From: Nageia nagi
Lineage: Eukaryota > Plantae > Pinophyta
DNA: 64,000 bases
Reading direction: 5' to 3'
Assembly (NCBI GenBank): GCA_050084985.1
Contig: JBITNC010000001.1
Span: 143,654,001-143,718,000 of the forward strand
Shown here: positions 39,750 to 53,788 of the stretch, one piece after another
Layout: every line of letters starts with the position of its first letter
How positions within the stretch are numbered: position 1 is the stretch's first letter
The notes under the pieces: model-generated
What the model was told of the DNA's origin: nothing
The model's input: the letters and a program-made list of their open reading frames with translations, nothing else
Databases searched by the model: none
Made by a program: the position numbers and the translations under genes

Positions 39750-39762
39750 AAGTGGAGGAGGA
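39750..39762 (+). other. PPT of element A, copy 1
   Basis: AAGTGGAGGAGGA directly before TGTGATAG. Confidence 0.88.
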
Positions 39763-42700
39763 TGTGATAGCCCAAATCCACCCTATATTTCCCTTGGTGT
39801 GTTTTATTTTGGTTTAAGTGTGGAATGAGGCATTGACTATATATTATTTGAATAAAATGCTTGATATGCTTTTATTTGCTTAAGTTATGAAATCCTAGAT
39901 AAGGATAATGATTACTTATCCCACCTATATGTACATGTTACTACTGCAAGTGGTTTTCAGGTATGTAGATGATAGGCAATGGAAGGGGAGATGCTCTTGA
40001 ATGATTTGGAAATGATTAATTATTAGTGATTCTCATGATCGCATAAGATTAAGACACTAGGATAGATGGGTAAGTGGTTGCATACATACATAGCAACATG
40101 GGGCAACATAAGCTCCCTAGGATTGATGATGTGTGTTTATGATTGCCTAGTTATGTTATTTAATTGAGTTGAAAATATTATTTATGCCTTTAAGTATTTC
40201 CAAGGATGTTAATATAATTTTCTATGGACCCCTAATAATTAATATTAGTGGGCAAAGTTAATTAAGGGAACTAACTAGGTAAGAAAACAGTAAAGTTTAA
40301 TTATTTAAATATATGTAATTAAGTATTTTGTGGGAATGTGTATTCATTGCTTCTTAATAATTAATTAAGGATAATTAATTAAGAATGATAATCCTTAACA
40401 TTAAATATTATTTATTTATTTAGCTTAAAATAAATAAATTAAGCTAGATGAGTTTTGATTGGTTGATTGATAAAGGCTAGAGTTAACTAGACCTTTAAGA
40501 TATTAATTATAATTAAATAATATTGATTTTACCTGATTAGCATGATGTGTCTCAATTTTTATCTATTACATCCCTATTGCAAGTTAGGTGTGCTAGTTTT
40601 AAGTTGAGGTGTGCTAGTGGAACTCAATTTATTGGGGTTTTGATTGATGACTAAGTGGGTAGATATTTCCACTTAGGAATTAACTCCCACTCACTTGATT
40701 TTAAGTGGTGTTGTCAATCCTCATTAATTTTGAGGCCTAGCCTTAGTTGAAAAATATAAATAGATACCTAGGGTGGAGCTTTTGGTCATTCTTGTTTTTG
40801 TATTTTTTTGGAGTAGCAAAGCTTTGCAATTCTAGAACCAAGTCCTTTGGCAATTACAAGATTTAGTGAGGTTTGCCTCTTGTGTTTAGTTGCTTCTCTT
40901 TATTTTTTTGAAACCTTACTATTTTAGGAATTTGATAAAATAATAGTATTTGGTTTTATTGCTAAATTATCATTGGTTGAGGATTTAGTTTATTTCCATG
41001 AATGCTCCCTTTAAAAGTTTGGTTTTGAAATTTGTGTATAGTTTTGATATGAGGTTTTATATTTTTTGCAATTATCTTTTGAGGTTAAATCCCTTATTAG
41101 TACCTTTGTATTTGATGCATAAATATTTAGAAATAATATTTGTGTTAGTAACTCCTCTTATACCTTCTCTTCTTGTAATTTTTCTCATTGGTTCAACCTT
41201 GCCTAGAAACCTATGTAAGGAATATTCCCCTAAGTTAAAAGGTTTATCTTAGAATCTTGTAATCCATGCAAACTTTTATGTTAAAATCTTTTTACTTTTA
41301 CAAATATAATTAAGGGAGGTATTTAATGTGTTTAGAGGCTTAAAAATCTTTTTCTAGCCTAATAGGATAGAAAACCTCAATTTATGTGTAAGGCTTAGGT
41401 GCTGAATAGGATAGTGTAGGTTTATTGCTAGGAAGCTATTAAATATTTTGCTATTATTTTATTTCATGTTAATTTAGTAATAGAAAAGAGAATTTAGTTT
41501 TAAATTAAAATAAGTTTTTTTTTAATTTAGAATAAAATACAAGTTGTGGTTACTTGAAATGGCAAATGTGGTTATTTAATATATGTTTCTTTTATTTTAA
41601 AATATAGGAGTGATATTTTAAAATAGAGAATATGGTATTATTGTAAGTAAATATTTTAATAGTGTGGTATCATTTTAAAAATAGGGTAGTATTTTTAAAA
41701 CGGAATTGAAATTATTACTTTAGGATATTGTATTTTATCCAAAAATAAAATTTGATTATTTATTTTAAAATAGGAGTATATTTTAAAATAATGTTGCAAT
41801 TATTTTAGGATATTGTATTTTATTCTAAAATAGAGTTTGATAAGTTATTTAAAATTGAATTTGATGTTTAAAATAAATTTGTTTGTTTTTTCTAAAATGT
41901 GAAGTGAAATTTTAGAATTCTTAGAGTTGTTGAAATGTTTCCTTAAAATAGCAAAGCATGTAGTTGCATTTAGTGGAAACCCAAGACTATGTCTAATCCA
42001 ACCATTCTTGAGCTATTATCCTTCCAAAAGGAGCAAGCCTTGTTCAAGTTGTGAGAAAGGAGTTTATTAAATTATTTTCCATGGGATTTAAATATATTCT
42101 ACTTACTTTTTTATTTATGAAAATAAATAACAAGGCTATTGTTGTAAAATGATGTGACAAGAATTATTACTTCATTACTTGGGATGATTGTGCTATTATG
42201 ATTATTGTACAAAGTTGTTCTTTTGGGATTTTCAAGATTAGTCTTTGAAAAGTTAAGTGTTATTCTTTTATTAAAGAGTGGTTAAGTAAATGAATTTTCT
42301 TTATGTGAATATGATATTTCTTGATACTTTACTATGCTTACTTAGTTTAGAAAGTTCATATTATATTATGATGTTAGGACCAATTCACTTGTCATTAAGT
42401 AATGTGTTTTTTTTGGGCATGATTTTTCCTTAGGTTTTGGTAGGTTTTTCTTTGATGTTTAAACCTAAGTGTAGACCTAGTCCCAATTCCCAAGTAAAGC
42501 ATACCTATTCATTATGGGATGTTGATTTATCTTCAAGTGAGTTAGGCTATGATAAATCAAGAAATCCTTGTGGTTGAATGGATCTCAGTGTATTTAATTT
42601 TCCTTATATGATGATGGTGGAAAATATGAGGAGGTATGTGGTACCATTATGAAGTCACTATGTTCAATAGAACATGCAAAACCAAGCCATGTGAAGTTAT

Positions 42701-42971
42701 TTAATGAGTAGGTTAAATAACTAGAAATGGTATTAAGTCATTGAAGAGTCTAGAATCATGAATGACTTAGCTTAGAACAATACTAGTAATATTGTAAACA
42801 ATAATTCATAGCATTCTCAAGCAACTTCCAAACAAATTCAGAATAGATTGTATTTAAACTACATGTTTTATTTACTAATATGGAAAAATAATTTGTGCTC
42901 ACCTCTTGATTATATGGGATGGGTGTTATAGTGATAGTCCTATGTATTTTTGCTGAGATAGGGTAATTATA
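39763..42971 (+). mobile_element. Element A 3' LTR (LTR copy 2)
   Basis: Follows the PPT, ends GGGTAATTATA, then GTAGT and the same B flank as LTR copy 1. Confidence 0.92.
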
Positions 42972-43579
42972 GTAGTGATGATGAGTTATTTTATTTGTTA
43001 AATACATATGCATGAGACCTTTAAAAATAAATAATAATGAGTTGGAGGTGACGACCAACCATTTATTCTTATACTTCTTCTATACCCATCGACCATACCA
43101 TAAGCTATAGAGCCAATCCTAGAGATGAATACTGGGTTTTAGGATAGAAGTCATCACTTTCTATTGAGAAAATATAAATAAGGAGGCCATTATTGGATTC
43201 CACTATCCAAATAGTCTTCAACAGCATTTCTCAATCCCCATTGTACTAAGGGGACCACCTTAAGTACTCAGCTGATACTTCACCATAGATTTCCTATAGA
43301 ATTCCAACCTATCCTTGTTTAAACATATGAATAGAAAAATAATTTAGGTTAATTAATAAAAAAATAAACAATTTACATTGCTCATTAAGAGAGATTAATT
43401 CAATTTATCAACAAAATAAGATAAGATAATCACACCAAAAAGGTGAGTTCATAAATAGGTTATTTATGCATCTACTTATTTTCTCGATAATATAAATAAA
43501 TAATAATAACTTAATTACTATGAATAATGTTCATTTTCTTTTATTTCATATTTAGCAAAAAATTAAAATAAAATTGAAA

Positions 43580-46500
43580 ATTAAAAGGTTCCATAAAATA
43601 GAAGAGAATCATTAATACTCATTCTGAAATAGCTCATCAACAACAAGAGCCCTATGATGAACTTACCAAGATGGAAAAGCTAGTCATATGTATCATTAGT
43701 CTAGTAGAGATATATCAAGAAGAGTAACTCCTTGAGAGATAGAAGATACTTTAAATGAAGAAACACAACATTTAACATAGTTAAGGATTCCTTATTCCTC
43801 TCATGCTCATATTCATTTGTTAGATTTTATCTAGCAGAATATACACTAATAGATTAATGAGGAAGAAATCACTTTAAGGATTGTTACCTCATCACAAATA
43901 CATTCATCTTATGCCATATTACAAAAGGTTCTTTTCAACCTAAGTATGATCATGTTACATGTTACCTACTAGATGGACATCTTATTCAATCATATATAAG
44001 ATGAGATGATGACACCCCTTCCACCATCTCTAGAAGGATGGAAGAATTTGATGATAGAATTTTGATACATACAACCACTCTAGTATCTAAATAAAGGATT
44101 CATGATAGGGTGTATAATAATGCTTATCATATTCTAAAAATAGACACACCTACCCCTAGAACTAGTCATTCTTCCTTTATCACTAGCTATATAAACCCTA
44201 GTACTAGTCTAACAACCCCTAGGATAAGTTATAGATCTCTAAACAAATTAATATTGATCCTTGAAGGTATAGGGTAGAAGAGATACCATCATATGTGTTA
44301 GATTAAATCAAAATTAGAAATACCTTCAAGGTAACCAAAAAAATATGCTATATAATCTAAATATGTAAAAATGAGATGAACCTAGAAAATTGGGATAAAA
44401 TTCATGTTTACAAGCATAGCCTATGTTTTATGCATATCAAAGTAAAACACCAATAGCATAACCTAACCGACAACAAGTTCAAGCTTAACTTCAAAATAAA
44501 TCATATCAAGGAGTAGTAGATAATAAGAAGTTGCTACCCAAAGCTTGATCCTTGTCTCCTCAAGGTCATTAAAACTATATAGATCAAAACCATTGCTTAC
44601 CTAGAATAAGGGAGGTACCACATGAGCAACAACAACCTCCAAGACCCCCTTTACCCTAGTCTAGACATTAGGATCAAATACATTATGCTCCTACACCTTT
44701 ATATAAACATGGGCGACAATATTTGCCTCCACATCAACCTTCTTTACCTTCTCAACCCTATAATAGAAGTTATTATGGTGACCAAACACCTTCTAAAAGA
44801 AGTTACCAATCATTCTCAACAAATAAACAAAAGGAAGGTAATAATAATAGTATACATCCTATGATTCCTATGCAACCACATAGTGACTTCGATAAAAGGT
44901 TAATAGAGATTGAAAGAATGGTACATTAACAAAACAAACATAAAGTCTCTTACAAAATAATTTGTAATAAGCCTATACACAAAATTGTTCCTAAGATGGA
45001 TATCCCTTTCAAATTCAAAATTTAAAAGATTAAATCTTTCAATGGAAATCAAGATCCTTAAGAAAATTTAAGATATTTTAAGTATTCAAGTTATTTAATT
45101 TCCAACGATGATGCTTTGATGTTGTGTATCTTTCCTATGACACTTGCTAGATAAGCAATGGATTGGTACAATAATTTAACTAAGTATAGTATCAAATCAT
45201 ATGTGCAATTAGCTAACTTATTCTTAGAACACTTTAAGATAAACATTAAGGATAAAACCTCTATAAATGATCTAAAAAGATTACAATAATTTTAGGATGA
45301 GGCAATTATAGACTTTATCTCAAGATGGAGAGTGATCTTGATAAATATGTCTTATACTCTCCCACAAGAAAAACTAGCGAAAATGTTTACTCAAAGTTAT
45401 CTAATACCTATTGCTACTACCTTATTGATTCAACAACATAAGACATTTGAGGAAACAAAGCAATTTCTCAAGTTGTTGTAATTTAAAAGGTTAAAATCTA
45501 GTATGGAGAACTAAAGGGGAAAAAGAAATAACCTTATGTTAGAAATATAAATTAGGTAGAATATTTAGCAAAATTAATGCCTTCTAATAAATTTTCTTAT
45601 CTTAAAGATGGAGAACCAACTCCTTCACAAAACATACCTAGTTCACAAAATGAGGGAAGAAACTCTAGGCTACCTAGAAAGTTTACTCCTTTGACTTAAC
45701 TACTTTATGATATTTTGAAAAACATAATGGATCATTAAATGTTTACCTAAAATATGACCTAAAATATTTGATGCAAGATATAGTAAATGGTACAATAAGA
45801 ATGATTATTTTCACTATCATCATCAAAAGGGTCATACTATAGGCATATGTAGAACATTACAGCATAAGGTTTAGGATTTGATTTATCAAGGAATATTACA
45901 AGTAGATAATCCATTAACTATTCCTAATGAAAACTTAGGAATATACTAGAATCTACTTTCTCAACACCAAGCTAATACCAAAGCTTCACACTCATACAAA
46001 GGTCAAATAACACAAAAAGAGCTTCAATATGCTTCTACTTTTGTTGCTATGGTAAGTATCACTACAAGATCCCAAAGGGCACAAGGAAGACAAGTTGATG
46101 TTTCTAACAATCAATAAATTATGGTGTTGTACAATAAAATATACCTAGACCACAACATCCTAAGGTTTTAGTAAAAGGAGATTTACAACATCAATTGAGA
46201 AATTCATAAGTAAAGATGTGTTTATTTGAGTTACTACAATAATCCAAAGACCATAGGGAAGCTATGAACCAATTATTGCAAACAATTGAGCTAGATATCA
46301 ATGACCCTGAAAGCTTTTTGTATTTTTTAGGAAATATTAAGATAAGCCAAAAGCCCACTATTATGTTCTATGATATTTAAATAAGGCCATTAAACCATTC
46401 TCAAGGTCAAGATCCTCCACTACATATTGTGGCCAAGTTAGATGGGAGGCCTTTTAAGATGATATTAATAGATGAAGGTTCTATAATAAATATTATTTCC

Positions 46501-47802
46501 ATAACTTCCTATAAAAACATGAATCTCCCTTTTTCACATATATGTGCACCTTCTTTGTAATTAAGAGCTTTCAATGATGCTTTATGCTCAACAATGGGAT
46601 CTATCTCATTGTCTATTATTGTGGGATCTAAAATAGTACAAACATTATTGCAAGTTATTGAAGGAGATATAATGCAATACAACCTAATTTTAGATATATC
46701 TTGGATTAGAAGCATGTAATGCATCCCATAAACATATCATAACTATCTAAAATATATTCACAAGGGGTTGGTACATTGTGTACTTGGATATGAAAAGCCA
46801 TATTCCCATTGCAATCACACACATCTTTTTAGGAGAAATTTCTTTACCATCTACTCATTATTTTACAACACTTGTAGTTCCTAATAAAGTCTCAATAGCA
46901 AATATTGATAAAAAATATTCTTTTTCAAGCTCATTAAAAAGTAAGGATCCTGTTGATATTGAAATACCTCATACATTAAAGATTTACAAGGATCCATTAC
47001 CAAAAATAGAACCAATATTCTTAGAAAAGCAAACATGGGATGAAAGAGCATAAATGTTAGATGAAGCATGTAGAGCCTCATCATCAAATTATGGAATAAG
47101 GGAGTTTTCCATTGATGATGTCATTTTTAACATCCCTACAACCCAAAAAATAGGAAAACCTAAAGAGTCTCCTAATATATTAGGACAATTAATAGCAATG
47201 GGGTAGTTACCTAATCAAACATTTTTTGTATATCATGGTCTAATAGAACCACCTATTCTCCCTTTACATCAATCCAATGAAGGTATCTTCTATAATTTGT
47301 TAGAATATTTATCACCAAATATAAGATCATTTGTCTAAAGATACTTTGATAGATGTCAATGGAAAGGTCAAGGTTTAGGTTGATATGAACAAGGACCTAG
47401 GTACACTATTGATATTCATTACCAATTTTCTAGTGATAAAACAAGATTAAGTTATAAGAACAACAACTAAGGAGTATCTAGTTGCAAGATAATTGAACTA
47501 GAAATAGAAGCTAAAATCTTTGAAAACTCAAACAAAAGATCTAAATGGATGATAAATTAGGATGATTTGGAGTTTTGAATGTTATTCTTAGGAGAATTAT
47601 TTCTTACTATGTCAATTAATATGGTAGAAATCATGGAAATATGTGATAATTTCACACATAATAAGGACTTGTATTGGTTTGGAAGTGATGAGTTTGAAAT
47701 AGTAGGATCAAAAATGTAAAGTAGCTCTTCCTCATACTTTTTGGTAGATGAAGAGACTAAAGACTTTATATTGAATCCTGAACAACCTATAATCCAAGAT
47801 TT
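43580..47802 (+). pseudogene. gag: Element B gag-protease, copy 2
   Basis: Near-identical to 29560-33778 with shared stops and the same ATTT junction. Confidence 0.85.
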
Positions 47803-49193
47803 AATATATGTTTCTTTTATTTTAAAATATGGGAGTGATATTTTAAAATAGAGAATGTGTTATTGTTTTAACTAAATATTTTAATTGTGTGGTATCATTT
47901 TAAAATATGGTAGAATTTTAAAAATGTAATTGAAATTATTACTTTAGGATATTTTATTTTATCCAAAAATAAAGTTTGATTATTTATTTTAAAATAGGAG
48001 GATATTTTAAAATAATGTTGCAAGTATTTTAGGATATTGAATTTTATTCTAAAATATAGTTTGATTAGTTATTTAAAATTGGATTTGATGTTTAAAATAA
48101 AGTTTTTGTTTGTTCTAAAATGTGAGTCAACATTTTAGGATTCTTAGAGTTGTTGAAATGTTTACTTAAAATGGCAAATCATGTAGTTGTATTTAGTGGA
48201 TACCCAACACTATGTTTGATCCAACCATTCTTGAGTTACCGTACATCCAAAAGGAGCAAGCCTTATTCAAGTTGTGAGAAAGGAGTTTATTAAATTATTT
48301 TCTATGGGATTTAAATATATTGTACTTACTATTTGATTTGTGAAAATAAGTAGAAAGGCTATTGTTGTAAAATGATGTGATAAGAATTATTACTTCATTA
48401 CTTGGGATGATTGTGCTATTATAATTATTATACAAATTTGCTATTTTGGGATTGTCAAGATTAGTATTTGAAAAGTTAAGTGTTATTCTTCTATTAAAGA
48501 GTGGTTTAGTAAATGAATTTTCTTACTTGAATATGATATTGCTTCATAATTTAAGATGCTTTCTTGGCTTGGAAAGTTCATGTTATATGATGATACTAGG
48601 ACCAATTCTCTTTTCTTTGAGTAATGTTTTTTATTCTAGCATGGTTTATCCTTAGGATTTGGTAGGTTTTTCCTTGATGTTTAAACCTATGTGTAGACCT
48701 AGCCCCAAGTCTTGAGTAAAGCATAACTATTCATTATGGGATGTTTATTTATCTTCAAGTGAGTTAGTATATGATAAATTGGGAAATCCTTATGGTTGAA
48801 TGGACCTCAGAGTACTAAATTACCTTGATATGATGATGGTGGGAAATACAAGGAGGTTTGTGGTACCATTGGAAGTCACTATGTTCAATAGAACATGTAA
48901 AGGCAATCTACGTGAAGTCATTTAATGAATACATTAAATAACTAAAAATGGTATTAAGTCAGTGAATTATCTAGAATCATGAATGACTTAGCTTAGAACA
49001 ATACTAGTAATATTATGAATAATAATTCATAATGTTCTTAAGAAACTTCAAAACATATTCAGAAGATATTGTATTTAAACTACTTATTTTATTTACTTAT
49101 GGGGAAAAAATAATTTTTACTCACCTCTCGAGTGTATCGAATGGGTATTATAGTGATGGTCCTATGTGTTTTTGCTGAGATAGGGTTGTTACA
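47799..49193 (+). mobile_element. Element A 5'-truncated 5' LTR, copy 2
   Basis: Near-identical to 33775-35170. Confidence 0.9.
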
Positions 49194-49195
49194 GT

Positions 49196-49207
49196 TGGTA
49201 TTAGAGC
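49196..49207 (+). other. Primer binding site, tRNA-Met type (copy 2)
   Basis: TGGTATTAGAGC. Confidence 0.9.
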
Positions 49208-49282
49208 CTAGGTTGTAGGCTTTCTCTTATTATGCAAACAATCCTAAAACTATCCTTGTTATCTTGTGCTTAGGAAGATTCC

Positions 49283-52200
49283 ACCTCAAAGATGTCATGA
49301 TGATGTCGAACAAACCAATAATGCCCATAGTACTTTTGGTATACAAGGGAACAACCTTTATGATACCTATGTAGAATTGAATCTTGAATTAGCAACCTTT
49401 ATTTTAAACTTGAAGGATAAATCAACTAAATAAGAGGAACTTATTTAGAGATAGGCTATAGAAATAGAATCCCTCTAAAATAGAGACATACAACCTATAG
49501 TTGATCCAGTGATAGTTTCTAATAATAGGAAGGATCTCAAAAAGATACTTGCTACTGAATTCCTTAGGGAAGAAGAAAAGGATATAGCTAAGGCATTGTT
49601 AAGGGAAGTTTGTACCGACTTTGATACACAAAATTATACTTCCAACCAGAAAGTTATGTGGGTAGTTCTTCTTTTAAGAGGGTATGCACTAGAATGGTGG
49701 GAAGGTCTACTTGTTGAAAGAAAAGTCTTAGCTAAAGATGTATGTTGGAAAGATTTTAAGAAATTTTTTAAGAAAAGGTGTATTTCTAAAATATTTGTGT
49801 TAGAAAAGTGGGTTGAGTTTGATAGGCTTTGATAAAGAGGTCACATATTAGATAAGTATCATCATACTTTCATTAGATTATTAAAGTATGTTCTTGAAAT
49901 TTCAAATAGCTCTAAAAAGAAGATACATAAGTTCTTTGGCAGGTTAGATCATGACATTCACACTACTGTAAACTTGCTTACACCAAAAACACTTAAGAAA
50001 GCTAATGAGTTAGCCAAATAAAGTGAAGATAATGGTAGGTTCAAGAGGAATCCTAAAACTACTACTCTAGAGGTAGGAAATGTTGAAAAATAAAAGGCTC
50101 CCTAGGAAATGATAAGCAGATTAAGAAATAAAATAAGGGGCCTTTAGGAAATAAAAAATCTAGTAGACCTCATGATGGGTTTTAGAAAAGAGTAAATCCC
50201 CAAAAGAAATGATAATGGTAGTAACTAGGGTTAGTAGTGTCAGCAACAATAACCTCAATAGGGTAACTATGTACCAAAAGATCAAATTTAGGGGAAGGTA
50301 CCTAGAAATGGATGTTATAACTATGGTGGAGCTCACTTCACCAACAAATGTCCAAACTACTTCAAACCTTAGAATGGAGAAGCAACTCATAGGATCTATG
50401 CTGCAATAGGAAAAGGAGCTTTGGAGACTCAAGCAACACCATTAATGATATGGGTTAAGATTTTTTGTTCAAATATTAAAATACTTATTGATAGTGATGC
50501 TATAGATAGTTTTATTTCCACTCATATTTTACATAAACTATCAAAAAAGCCAAGGATCTTAGAAGAAGGGCAGAAGGTCGAGTTTGGGCCAAGGCAAACC
50601 CATATAGTAGCAAAGTATTATCCAAACATAAAAGTAATCTTACCTACAAGAGATACTCAAGTAACCTTATTCATTGCTCCTATTCTATATTTCAAAATCA
50701 TTTTGGGTATGGATTAGTTAAGAAACCATGAAGATTTAGTAAACTTTGAAGAAATATGGGTAAAGTTTAGGGATGAAAAAGGGAATTACAGAAAGTCTTT
50801 TATTAAAGGAAACCATTTAGACCATGACTCTTGTTAGCTTTGCAATTTTCAAAGGACATTTGGAAAAGGAGTATGATTTTTTCTATTAAAATAAAGGATC
50901 TAAAGGAAGATTAAATAGAGGAGGAAATACTTCGAAAGAATCCAATTGTATGAGAATATAAGGATATTTTCCAAAGGAACTTCTAGGTATGCCTCTTAGA
51001 AGGAAGTTTGATTTCTATATTGACTTGGTTCTAAGAGTAAAACCTATATCTAGGACACCTTATAGGATGACCACTATTGAAATGGAGAAGCTAGAAGTTT
51101 AGGTAAATGATTTATTAGAAAAAGATCTTATCCAACCTAGCACATCACCATGGGAAGTACAAGTCTTATTTGTTAAGAAAAAAGATCAATCATTGAGGCT
51201 TTACATACATTACAGAATGTTAAACAAGGTAGCTATCAAAAACCACTACCCTTTACCAATAATAGATTATCATTTTGATCAGTTAAAAGAGGCATGTATA
51301 TTCTCTAAGTTATATCTAAAATTAGGTTACCACAAATTGAGAATAAAATATTTTAATACCCATAAAATTTCATTCAAAACTCAGTATGGACACTGTGAGT
51401 TTACAGTTTTACACTTTGGTCTTACCAATGCTCTGACATCCTTCATGAACTTGATGAATAGTGTATTCTGAGAATACCTTGAGAAATTTGTATTCGTATT
51501 ACTATATGACATATTGATTTATTCAAAATCAAAAGAGGATCATGATCATCATCTCAAGATAGTCATGGGAATTCTAAGAAGGAATCGATTATACGCTAAG
51601 ATGAGAAAATGTGAGTTTTATGTACCATAAGTGAAATACTTGGGACACTTTATCTCTTGTAAAAGAATTTTAGTGGACCCATCAAAAATTGAGGAAATAA
51701 TGAGTTGGCCCTTACCAAATAATGTTAGTGAAATAAGAAGTTTCATGGGTCTAGAAGGACATTATAGTCATTTTATCAATAACTTCTCTAAAGTTGCTTA
51801 TCCCATTACTCAATTAGAAAAGAAAGAAAATAATTTGTTATGGATAGAGAAGTATGATCAAGCTTTTGCTACTCTCAAACAAAGGCTTACAATGGCACCT
51901 ATAATTAGAATCCTATACCCATAAGGATTATTTTTTATCTGCATAGATGCTTCTAAAAAAGGATTAAGAGGAGTACTAATGTAAGATGGCATAATAGTGG
52001 CCTTTGAGTCAAAAAAAAACTTAAGGATCATGAAGTAAGATATGCGACTCATGATTTGGACCTAGCTATAGTTGTTTATGCCTTAAAAGTTTGGAGATAT
52101 TATTTGTTAGGGAAACCTTTCAAACTTAGATCAATCTTAGATATATTTTCACTCAGCCAAATTTAAATGCTAGACAAAGAATATGGATGGAACTCCATTT

Positions 52201-53725
52201 TGAGTATGAATTTGGTATTGAATATATCAAAGGGAAGGAAAATAATGTAGCTAATGCTCTAAGTTGTAGGAAACACATTACATATATAAGCTTAAGTTAT
52301 ACTAACCTTATTGAAAAAATTCATGAACTCCAAGATCAGGATTATCACTACCAAAGGATTAGAAGAGAACTTGTTGAAAATCCACATAAGGTGCAAAACT
52401 TTATTTATAAGGAAAGTGGTATCCTTTTTTTTTAAGATAGAGTGGTAATTACTAAAGAGAGAAATATAATGAATATTATTCTTTGGGAATCACACGACAC
52501 CCCTTACTCTACCCACCCTAGTGGGGCAAAAGTGAGAGAAAACATGAAAAAGTATTTTTTTTGGTGAAGAATGGAAAGAGAAATAATTGGCTATGTCTCT
52601 AAGTGTCTAGAATATCAAAACATGAAGGTATAACATAAAGAGACATCCAACAAGAAAACTCTATCCTCATAATATCCCTACATAGAAATGGTAAAAAAAT
52701 TTTATGGATTTTATTATTGGATTACCAAAAATCAAATTTAGACATGATGTTATCCTAGTGGTTGTTGATAAATTGACCAAGGTAGCTCACTTCATACCTA
52801 GAAATATAATTGATGATGCTCTAGCAGTTACTAGCAAGTTTACTAGGGCGATCATTCAACTATATGATTTTTTAGAGGAGGTAGTCTTCGATAGTGACTC
52901 AAGGTTTACTTATACTTTTTGGAAGAATTTTCATAAATATGTGGGCACTACATTGAACATTAGATTAGCTTATCATCCAAAAATAGATGGACAAACTATG
53001 TGAGTGAACCAAGTCTTGGAATATATGCTTAGGATGTACTATATTGATCACCCTACCAAATGGAAAGATTACCTCCACTTAGTTGAGTTCACCTATAACA
53101 ATGGCTATTACTCATCTTTGGGAATACCACCTTTTGAAGCTTTGTATAGGTGAAGGTGTAGGACTCATCTCTCTTGGGAAAATCTCAAAGATTGGGTTAC
53201 TCTTGGAAATGATATGATAAGAGAGATGGAGGAGAAGCTTAAGGGAATTCAATAAAGGTTAAAGAAAGCTACAAATCAATAGAAAAGTTATATTGATCTG
53301 AAAAGGACACCAAGGGAATTATCCATTGGTGATAAAGTCTTTTAAAGGGTTAAACCCAAAAACATGCCATCAAGTCTTCCAAGTTAGCATAAAGATATGT
53401 CGGTTCTTTCTCTATCTTAGATAAGATTAGTCCAATAGCCTATAGGCTCAAAATTCTTCCTAACCTATCTAATATCAATGAATCCTACCATGTTTCCTTG
53501 TTAAAAATGTGTGTTCATGATGCATCACATGTTTGGGATGTATCTAGTTTGCAGATGGACAACCCACTAACTATGGAGGTGCATCTAGTTTAGGTTCAAA
53601 AACTTCATACTAAGAAGCTTAAAAATTGCATCATGGAAGGAAAAATATGTAGGAAATAATTCCAAATGGAAATATGTTGAAAGCATGAAAAAACTATTTC
53701 TTTTTTTATTTGAAAAGTAAACTTA
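49283..53725 (+). pseudogene. pol: Element A gag-pol, copy 2
   Basis: ORF fragments 49509, 50421, 51193, 51631, 52187 and 52704 cover gag, PR, RT, RH and INT. Confidence 0.93.
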
Positions 53726-53775
53726 AACTATGAAACTATGATACTTCTAATAAACATAAGGGACCATGTTAATCT

Positions 53776-53788
53776 AAGTGGAGGAGGA
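53776..53788 (+). other. PPT of element A, copy 2
   Basis: AAGTGGAGGAGGA before TG. Confidence 0.88.
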